Shown piece by piece: positions 54,601-64,000 of a stretch of DNA of 64,000 nt (its first letter is position 1; each line of letters begins with the position of its first letter). Where the stretch lies: NCBI GenBank assembly GCA_973851085.1, contig OZ316775.1:11346001-11410000 (forward strand), in the 5' to 3' direction. Under the pieces are notes generated by a model that saw nothing but the letters and a program-made list of their open reading frames with translations, had not been told where the DNA came from and did not search any database. The stretch is from Ptychomitrium polyphyllum. Lineage: Eukaryota. The position numbers and the translations under genes are program-made.

Positions 54601-55384
54601 TTCCACAGAAGAGTACAGACTCTGAGATAAAAAAATTACTAGGCACTGAGCCACAGTAAAAATTCCGGACACTGCAAGCCCTAAAGCTGTTGCTGCACTG
54701 GTGACTGTTAGGTCAAGTTACCAATCAACCAGTTGATCGAAGCCGCTGCAGGAATAAGGTGATTTACGACCGCGTCATTGATATCTGAGTCCGCATCAAT
54801 ACCATACTGCCTGCTCTTGAAAGAGTGATGGCGGAGCTTATGAACCTCGCCTCTGCCAGAACTTACTTTCCTTCGCCATCTCTCTGCTGGTACTTACAGC
54901 TAACTTATTAGCAGCAAAAAGAGAGTTAAGCCTCACAATTTAATTCACTTGTTCAAATTCAAACCTTCTTAGCACAATGATTAGTGGAGGATAAATAATA
55001 GTTTCTTAAGCTGAGGATCGGTTTAATTACGCCTGGGTGTCCCCAGATCACCCTGATTCGGAGCTCCATTGCCGTTATTGATCTTGAGAGACTATGGTGG
55101 CCTGTAGTAATCATTCAATGAGCTTTCGAATTCAAATTTCCATCTCCATCATCCAATGCCGCCCTCGGAATTGTGAACGTCGATTATCAAACCGTCCTCA
55201 CTCACTAGTAACTCACTAGTAACTCACTTACATCAATTAATGCAAAAGCTCGCGGCGCTAAGCTCGTCTTGAATTTAGTTAGTGCCCTTCAGCGCCCTCC
55301 TCAACCTCCACGCTCGGAACCTTCTTGAACATGCTTACGCAAGGACCCTGGGAGAGTAGGCTAATACCCTATTTTCGTTTGATA

Positions 55385-55463
55385 TCTAGGTGATACTCTG
55401 TTGTATATAGGTGATTCCCTTGTGATTTCTAGGTGATACCATTGTGGTGTCTAGGTGGTACTC
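55385..55463. repeat. Degenerate 21-22 bp tandem repeat, 4 copies (TAGGTGATAC core)
   Basis: TCTAGGTGATACTC, TATAGGTGATTCCC, TCTAGGTGATACCA and TCTAGGTGGTACTC in succession. Confidence 0.7.
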
Positions 55464-56330
55464 TAATTCGATATTGGCTTGATGTTGAGGCGGATTTCTC
55501 GTGTAGTGGACATACGTACACTTCGTTGTAAGTCTGTGAAGGAGCTTCTCTCCGAAGAGCAAGAAGTGGAACTGTAGGTTTAAGAGGCGAGAGCTCTCAC
55601 TTCTGTACTCATTCTGTAGTTTTCTTAAGAGAAATTACACTCGTGCATGATTTCAGTCTTGTATGTGTGGAGTTGCCGGAACCTTGATGTTTGTTCGTTC
55701 TCTTCTCGTGCTTCAAATTCAGTTTAAACCTTCTTGAACATGCATTCACATAGTTGCTTCGAGGACTTCGCTTTGAAATGCAAGGAGTGGAATTCTGTAA
55801 GTTTAGGAGGCGCGCTTTCTTCTGAAGTTTGCTTTAGGCTAGTGGTGCTATATGAATTGTGATGATCCAGGTCTTTTACGTGGACTAAGAGAAGTATGGA
55901 GTTGTAGGAGCCTTGAGTGTCTGCGACGAAGTCATGCTCGCTGCTTGCATCTACGTAAGGTCTTCCGCGTGAGGTTTCAGGAAATGCTTCTACTATTTTA
56001 AGCATGGAGAGGTGTTGTAGGTTTTTGGACACTGCAATGACATTACTGTTACATTAGCTGTCGGGAGCGACGCCATTTATATGATGTTGAAACCTACTTC
56101 TTGATTTCAATTAGAGAGGTAGGTAGCTGCTGAATGTTCTGTGTTCAATTGGATTTTTGAGATGAGCTTGTTCATTTTTTCGTTTCTGCCTCCGTGCAGG
56201 TTCGGATGAAACTACAAGTACCTCCAAAATTGTAGATCTTCCAATTCTTGGAGCTCGCGCAATGAAGTCCTGAAAGACTTTCATGTCTCGAAAGAATTGA
56301 CGGGTGCGAGTTCGCTTTTTCGTGAGCATC

Positions 56331-58891
56331 ATGGGTGTTTGTTTGAGTAGATGCGGTGATGCGCAGCAGAAGGCAGGAGTAGTGGCGGCCACTATCTCTC
56401 ACCAGAATTCGCTGGAGTTAAATGCTTCGGAGCTGTATGACTCCAACCACTCTCTCAAGAGATTTCTTCATCTCTACGAGATCGTGGAGGCGAAGAAGTC
56501 CTTGTCATCGCCGAGAGCAAGTCTTGGAGAGTCTTTGCAGATTCCACACAGTAGTGAACTCTTCTCTCTCCCTGATTCGGATGTGGAGCGCTCCAGCTGC
56601 TGCAAATCCCCTTCTCCAGCTCGGACGAGCAGAGCCTCTGTGTCATCCCGAGCGACTGCTTCCCCGAAGTCCACGAGAAATTCCTTCAGTGCCTGGGGGA
56701 GCCGGTTCTCCACAGACAGAACTATATCGGTGGGATGCAGGAAGAAGATACGTCCAACGCGGAGCTCGAAATCTCTAACAGCTGAGCAAGACCTCGCTGC
56801 TCACCAGCGGCTCGTGGAAGCGATCGCGCGGCTTGAGAGACTGAATGGCGGGAAAAATCTAGAGCTTCGGGGCTCTTCATTCTGCAGCTCAGATCTTGAA
56901 AGGCACACGCATGTTCTTGCGAAATCTCGCTCCGGGGAGCTTAAGCGATCGCGCTACTCGACCTCTGGGGGACATCACGGTCGTCACAGCCGCCACGGCC
57001 GGCATTATCAGCCTTACCAGCCTTCACTGCCCCTGTTTAAATCTACTACTTGCCCCAAGAGTTATGATTCTCAAGCTCACCCCTGTGAGGGTCAGTCTGA
57101 TACTTTCCATTGTTGTTCCCGCACACACGATCTTCGCTCAACCAGGAGAAGCAGTCACATTGAAGATACAGCAAGCATGCTGCCTCTGGAGACGTTTTCT
57201 CAGCCGAAAACCATGGGTAATCTTGTTTCTCTAGCGGCGCCGATTATCAAGCAGATGCCACTCGAGAAATCTGTCACGAACTTCTTGAAAGAGGTTGAAA
57301 ATTTCGTATCTCTAATAGAGGCACCGCGTTTGTCATTGTCGTCTGAAGCCGCGCAGGAGAGAAACAATGGACACCATGAGCCTTTGATTATAAAGACGTA
57401 CTCGAGAAGCGTGGAGGATAAGGAGTGTGAAACGCGGCTCTCCAGTTACCGATTCGAGGATACTGACAGTGATGAACAGTTCACTTATTTTGAGGCTTCT
57501 TTTGAAGATTGCGAATTAAAAGAAAAAGAGTCACGTGCTGCAGCGAGATCGCTCCAGCGGTTAGTGAAATCCGCAGACCAAGAGCGGAGTTGTACGAGTG
57601 AGGTATGACATTGGTGTTTAAGCCAATATCTCTCAGGCTGCGCTATCATTTCAACTTTTGAGAAGATAGAGAAAGTACATAATCTGCCATATCTTTTGCT
57701 TGTGCAGAAATGTCTCGATGCTGATGAAGACGCTGCTGCCTTGCCAGTATTCGACTCGGTTAAGGCCGTGACAAAGGATTTTATTTCTTTCCCGAATTCG
57801 AATTCAGTACCAGACGTAGTAGCTGAGACTATAAAAACTCCCGAGAAGGCTGTACCTACTGGTTCGCTCGTAATTTCTGAGGATCCAGGGATTGAGGTGC
57901 GGTCTCCAAATGACGTTACAGCATGAAATATCTGTACTTTGTAGAAAACTTCTGTTGGTCATGATCTTTAGCTTTGTCTTCCTCTTTATGTTTATGTAAT
58001 CGCTCTTTCGCAAACTAGAGAGATGGTACGAGAACTTAGATTGTAGCCCAAGAAATTTGTTTCTCAATCTTCCAGCATCCTTCCTTGATTGAGTGTGTTA
58101 TGTTGCTTATAGTAAAGCGTCGCCCTACGCAACGACGGCTAATGTGTGCTGTTTTTTGCAAGCAGTCCAAGCGGAAGGGAAAAGTTGATACGGCTAGACC
58201 AGTTCTTACGGACATTGATCCAAACGTCAATTCGATGACGAAGAAATCTCCAACTGTCAGTAAATCCCCCTTGAAAATGAGAGCTCCTAAAGGATTTAGA
58301 CGCGGATTTTCACGATCTTTGGATTCAAGAGACGGCTCAGTTACGAAAGTTGACTTCAGCATATTTAGAAACGGTCCAACTCAAGTTGTACCTCGTCCCC
58401 TCACCCAGGCCTCGGAAAGAGCAGTACATAAAAGTGAAGGTTTGTAAGCTCACTTCTTAATTTGACTGACTAGTACTGTGTCTATAGTGTTTTGGACTAT
58501 TCCGGGGTGCAATCAATCCAGAACTTCCACATGGGAAGTATCCAAATATGGCAAACTTTCGCTGCTGGTTATGAATATGAATGTGTGCGGTGACCTTGTG
58601 AATGTGCACAAGGATATAGCGTTTTCTTTTCTAATTATTTATTAGGCCACCTCGTAAACAGCAGACCGATTGCTAGTGGTCATATTGTAAAATTGGCTTC
58701 AAGTTTTCATATTTCTCTGTATCTGATACTCAGGGTTATGGATGAACTGACTAGTGCGAAAGTTCTCTTTATGCAATGCAGCAAGCTCAACTGAATCAAA
58801 AACCACGGAGTTGGTTTTAGAACACGTGTCGCCGACGTCAAACCCTAACGGGGAATTGGAAGACGCTGGCTGTGAACAGAAGTTGGATTGA
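56331..58891 (+). CDS. Uncharacterised Ser-rich, probably disordered protein with an N-terminal MGVCLS acylation-like motif
   Basis: Long first exon 56331-57602, then plausible GT-AG-bounded in-frame exons 57708-57896, 58166-58439 and 58782-58891. No domain was recognised, and the downstream exons are tentative. Confidence 0.6.
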
Positions 58892-61058
58892 TTCAGTCAG
58901 TTCTTCTATTCACTGCCGGAGCTATTTTCACGATTACTTCTGGTATTACATCATTTTCCTTTTGAAAGTAGCAGGAGTATATTTTCGTGCCTAATTTCAA
59001 GTACACATCATTGTGATCACTGTCCTCGCACCATACCGACATGAACATAAAAATACACGGCGAAATCTGAAAGTAAAAATTCCTGGTGATGTGTGGAATA
59101 TGCAAATGATTTGGAAATAATAAATTCCTGTTTTTGTCATACCGATGTTCATCAGAGTCCAAACCGTAACTGCTTTGTTGTGGAGCAGGTTAACATTCCA
59201 ATCAGCTGCACTTTCACGCCTGCTTAAGAAGCTCCACGAATGTCCATAGTATCCTAAAACGGATGTGGAATGTGCGGAGTAGCTTCAAGTACATCTTCGA
59301 GAGACCCTTCGAAGCGAATGAATATTCTTCACCGGTTGTGTCGAAAAACTCGATGCAACCTACTGAAGCTTCGTCAGAGGGACAACTGCCCCTAACCATC
59401 AAGACAAATTGGAACCTTTTAGAAATCGAGAGTTGTCACTAGCAGAATGCCAACATTCACTTTAAGTTCCCAATTTTACATACAAACCCGTAGATACCAT
59501 AGTTAAAGCTTTCACCACTGGAGAAATAAAATAGTAAAGGCGAAGCACTGTACCCAGATAGAGACCTTCTCTAATGTAGGACCTTCCTTCAACTGAGATC
59601 GTTCATTGTTTTTGCAATATTTTCTTACCAACTCCGGATATCTAGCATCTTCGTGTACTTCGTAGCAGGCGTATTGGATATACTAAATGTCATAACCCAA
59701 TTACTTGCATCGAATAATCTTCAGTTGCATCATAAAACGCTAATCTTCGAAGGTCATTGTAAAGTTCATCTGAACAAATCTTCAAATCTGTTGCCAACAT
59801 TAAACCTTTACCTAAACGAAAATACGCAAAGAACAATCCGGCTCATGAGGATTACATAGTCCTTGACACTCTTTAACCCTGCAATGATATGCGTTCCATC
59901 AAATAATTATATCCAAGAACAGTGCAGGTTAGGGAAATGACTTTACTTTCGTTGCTATAGATTTAAGCTGAAGTATTTTTCTTATCAGTGTGAAGAGACG
60001 AGAGTAACTCACACACGTCCTGTGCTCCCACATGGATCTTCGATAACCACTCCGAAAGTGTAGACGTTCCACTGGATTTGGAGGCAAATATTCCACAACC
60101 TTGTCACTCAGTTGTACAAGGTTTATTTCCAGTCAGTCCATGTACTTTGTCCGACATCAGCAGTGTTGATTTGTCAAAGCCTGCCCCAAGAATTTCTTTT
60201 GCCATCATCATTTCAATATCAAAATTTTGATACGCTTCCGATTGTGTCACCTGAACTACCGTAATGCAGAATTTTCTTCTAAGGAACATCTTGCTCATGT
60301 CCAATGGCCAGAGATTGGGCTTGTCTGCAAACTGGTCTGGACGCTCCATGAACATCAAGTCGCCCATTTGGTTTGGTTCACCAAGCATCGGGTCATTCGA
60401 ATTAACCGGTTGTCCCTCTGCACCAGATCACATAAGTGAATTATGATTCTGTCTCTTTCCCGTAACTCACAAAACTTTTCAATCACGCAACTATCTTCTC
60501 GACTATTCTTCACAAAGTCGTAACTTTAGAGCCGAAAGGAAGGTCCATTTCGAGTAGAAAGAGGAACACATAAAGCTCGTTGGTATACAACACTGCATGT
60601 ATGCTACCCAAATTTATCTGGGTAATCATTCGGTAGATGTGGTGGACTTATCCATTGATTGGTAGAGGAATTGTAAACATATACTATGAAATCTTGGACA
60701 TAGCAATCTTCGCGTCGAATACAGCCGAAATCCAACATGAAAGCATCCTACACAACAGTACCTTGATCATGTAGGACATCAGCACACCACAAGCACAACA
60801 TGGATTTGCAAATGATGATGACGTTTTCTAATCCACCAAGCGTTTCATTAAATCAACAACTTTCCACGATGGTAAACAAGAGCCTTCTCTTCTATAACTG
60901 ATCCGCTGTAATGCCCAAAACTGAAACCTAAGGTGCACCCAACACATCTGAAGTGGGACCAAAGTACGGTCTTGCAATCCACATAATTTAATCCGTGTCC
61001 CAAATCAAGAGTCCGTATACTACAAGCATCGCCAACTATGATGCAGCAGCTAGTTAAG

Positions 61059-62840
61059 TCATTTCCCCTCCCCTTTAGCTTTTGCCTTCTTCTTCCTCTC
61101 CTTAAGAATATCGATCTTAACTGCCTTCTTTGCCTGTCCCAACTTTGCAGCATCGTAAAGACCCCGAGCTTTGCGAGTCATCATCATCCGTCCCATTTGG
61201 ACGGCTTCATCTGCTTCAGGGACAGCTTCGGGAACCATCCCACTCTTCTTATTCTCCATTTCAGTTTCTACTTTGCCTTCGAGTGAAGCAGAATATGAGA
61301 TACCTGCCATCTCCTTGTTCAAGTCGCGAGTAAATGATTTCTCAAGGGATACATTCGCATCAGCAGTAGACATGTCTGTTTCCCTGTTAGATTCAGCAGG
61401 TTGCTCAAATACTGGCAAATCATCCGATGCAGCTACTTGCATCCTCTTGATTGTTTCTGCATACTCGGGCATGTATCCCTCCTCTTCACTATCTACAAAC
61501 GGTGACAGATGTGGTGGACAGATTTTGCCCACCACATATGCATCTGTCGGCAACAAAAATTTGTTGTTCACGCTATCAAAAACCCATTGCGGTTGCACAT
61601 ACTCCCTTGATAAAAATTTGTGACCCTGTGTAGGTCTGTCAACTATTTGATGAGTAATAGATTCGTCAGACTCAGGAAACGGAGCTCCCTCGCCATCCCA
61701 GGATACAATACCTCCAAAAGCTCGTATAACAAAAAGCAACGCCTCCCTCGGCACTTCTCTACCTAGAAAGAACTTATACTCCTTGAACAGTTTGACTGAA
61801 GGATCCATGTCGTCATCCTCGGGCTCCTTCGCTCCCTCTGGAACAGGTGCTGGATTCTCCTGCTCCTTATCAATGGCTGAGAGTCTGCTGTGCAGTGATG
61901 CAAGCCTGACTTGAGACTCGACAGCTCGAGGGTCCTCCTGCTCCGCCATCTCAGCATCATCGTCCCCTCCCACAGCCTTAGGTGCCTCCTGTGTGACTGG
62001 TGCGGCCGAAGCAAGGCCCTTCATCAATCCATACAACTCATTGGCAGCCTTCTCGAGTTTCTCATCGAGCAGAGGGGGATACCGCAACCCTAAGTCATGA
62101 TAGAGCTTGAAATTCACGAATCCAACCAGGGTCTTGTAAAACTCCAGAAAAGTTAACATGACACGGAAATCCACATCTGACGGCAAGACCTGACTTGTAG
62201 AATGCGGAGTCAGCCATGTAATATTCTGCCCTCCTACTTCAGCCTGGTAGTACACCCCCTTCACCGACACAAACACTTTGCGTAGCCCTCGGACTCGAAT
62301 ACAGTACGCTTGCCATTGAAGAGACAACTTGCGCGAACTTTCAATATGCTCTGGCCGAATCTTCTGGGTATTATCAGCAGGCAGCCACGCAAACAAGTGC
62401 AAAACTGTAAGGGGATCGTCAAGGTCACGAAGCGCATCCACAAAAGAAGGATATCTCTCGTTGACAAGATGGTTCAGGTTCCATTCAGGCTTGTTCCCCA
62501 GCAGCCGCTGCACCAAATCTAAGTTCCTCTTCGCCCGTGCTTTAGTGATCTTCTTCTCGTACGCCTTCAGCTCTCGACTCCTATTCAATAGCGGCTCATG
62601 GGCCAGAAACGCAATATCCTTCATATGATAGTAAGTCTTGTTATGCCCCTCTACCTTCTTCTTCGGCTCCCGAGGATGAATCCCTTTCAGAATGCATAGA
62701 CGCCGAAACTCAGGAAGCTTGATTTGCAAACGATTCAACGCCTTGTTTCGCGTAATGTACTTCGCTGCAGTGCCCTCCTTCCTCCTAGACGGAGCCAAGT
62801 ACTGCTTCGACTTCGACTTCTGCTTCGTCGGTTTCGTCAT
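61059..62840 (-). CDS. PES1: Pescadillo homolog (PES1/Nop7), 60S ribosome biogenesis, BRCT domain
   Basis: Uninterrupted 593-aa ORF with FRRLCILKGIHPREPKK, ERYPSFVDALRDLDDPL, VDFRVMLTFLEFY, a BRCT segment (LGREVPRE..ITHQIVDRP..YVQPQWVFDSVN) and PPHLSPFV. Confidence 0.97.
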   Translation of the reverse strand: MTKPTKQKSKSKQYLAPSRRKEGTAAKYITRNKALNRLQIKLPEFRRLCILKGIHPREPKKKVEGHNKTYYHMKDIAFLAHEPLLNRSRELKAYEKKITKARAKRNLDLVQRLLGNKPEWNLNHLVNERYPSFVDALRDLDDPLTVLHLFAWLPADNTQKIRPEHIESSRKLSLQWQAYCIRVRGLRKVFVSVKGVYYQAEVGGQNITWLTPHSTSQVLPSDVDFRVMLTFLEFYKTLVGFVNFKLYHDLGLRYPPLLDEKLEKAANELYGLMKGLASAAPVTQEAPKAVGGDDDAEMAEQEDPRAVESQVRLASLHSRLSAIDKEQENPAPVPEGAKEPEDDDMDPSVKLFKEYKFFLGREVPREALLFVIRAFGGIVSWDGEGAPFPESDESITHQIVDRPTQGHKFLSREYVQPQWVFDSVNNKFLLPTDAYVVGKICPPHLSPFVDSEEEGYMPEYAETIKRMQVAASDDLPVFEQPAESNRETDMSTADANVSLEKSFTRDLNKEMAGISYSASLEGKVETEMENKKSGMVPEAVPEADEAVQMGRMMMTRKARGLYDAAKLGQAKKAVKIDILKERKKKAKAKGEGK

Positions 62841-63462
62841 TGGTTACTACTCTCAGAACCCACACCTAACCAAAGAATCCTAAAAATGCAAAAACATCCA
62901 ACCTCAGCAACAGCCTTCGTATACAAAAAAACATCACACAAAAGTCCTAAACCTAAAAAAGTAAATCGCCTCGCACCCCAATCCATATCAAGAAGCTCAG
63001 AGACAGACTCACAGAATCTCACAGAAGCCACAACCCACAACAAAAGCCTTCAAAGGACTAGGCGTCCAGTCTCAGTAACAGCTTTCCATACCCATAAATC
63101 ATCAAATTGGAAAAACCTCGACATCTGAAAGAAAGAGCCGCCTCCTACTTCAATTCACATCGAGAAGCGTCCCAGAGCCCCACAAAGTCCCAGAGTTCCA
63201 CAGACTCTCATAGAGTTTAAGAGAATCTTGCAGAGACTCACAGCAGCCATCAAGATACCAACAAAGCAGAGACCTGATTACCAAGTGGAATTTGGGAAAG
63301 AATCGTATGAGAAAGCGGGCTTACCTTCGAGAACACAAAGAGATTCGAGGTGTGGGTGAAGAAGAGAGAGAAGTGCAAGCAAGCGGGGAGTGGCACTGCA
63401 ACGCAGTTGCAAACGAGAGGAGGCTCCTAGGCGAGGACTAGTAGTCTGACGGTGAAGTCTCT

Positions 63463-63479
63463 GGGTTTAGGGTTTAGGG
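63463..63479 (-). promoter_or_regulatory. Telo-box (AAACCCTA) near the probable pescadillo transcription start
   Basis: GGGTTTAGGGTTTAGGG on the + strand, about 140 bp upstream of the putative 5'UTR intron donor at 63324. Telo-boxes are typical of plant ribosome-biogenesis promoters. Confidence 0.65.
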
Positions 63480-64000
63480 CTCACAGCAATCCAGCCCTAG
63501 AACCGGATAGATAACCTTTCGTTCCGGGTATCGGACATAACCCTGCTGTGGAGCTCCACATGATAGGAAATACGGTGCATATCCACTTTTTCTCTTACTT
63601 GTTTTTGGGGAGCAAAGTATGAGAAACTAAATCATTCAAATAACATGTTCAAAAACAGGTTTTCAGATGTAGAATATTTGCATTCACAACACTCACTGAT
63701 CCTTCTTGGTGATTTTGATAACAGGCTATGATCATTACCAAATGCAATTCTGCGTCAGATGAAGCAGGGCCCAGCTCCCTTGATACCAGGGTGGCCAGTT
63801 AGCTTTGGTAAAGAATGTTCTGTATGTAATATTCAGCAGCTTCTCTGATACTCTCTGCTGGTCATCTTCAGTAAATGCAACATGGAGAATTGCTTTATAC
63901 CATCCAGGGGAACAATTACAAGTGCAAATTAGACGCTGATTTACGCTGACAAGAATTGGACCATATAATGATTTTGAGGGAACCAAAACATTTCAAGAAT

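Noticed and set aside
63735..63986. 83-aa minus-strand ORF at the right edge
   Set aside because: No recognisable homology, and the context is truncated by the window.

Overview
Gene-dense nuclear DNA from a land plant, with spliceosomal introns. The organism is probably a moss or other bryophyte; this is inferred from protein similarity recalled from memory, not from a search. Eleven protein-coding genes are supported: TWD40-1 (TPLATE complex), pTAC12/HEMERA, two NYN+LOTUS paralogs flanking a TMEM45/DUF716 gene, a spliced 66-aa microprotein whose coding exon 2 is missing from the ORF track, a DUF538 protein, an aldose 1-epimerase, a CemA-like DLDG1, an unknown putatively acylated protein, and a pescadillo with an intronless CDS. 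AT-rich blocks (about 1.3-3.8, 28.5-29.6 and 47-54 kb) look like decayed transposon remnants, and the first has degenerate terminal inverted repeats. The most interesting signals are: (1) both NYN-LOTUS paralogs appear to have lost most catalytic acidic residues, and they carry their two LOTUS subtypes in opposite order; (2) TWD40-1 contains a U12 AT-AC intron and a GC-AG intron; (3) the hidden microprotein; (4) the intronless pescadillo. Exon boundaries were read by eye and no database searches were run.
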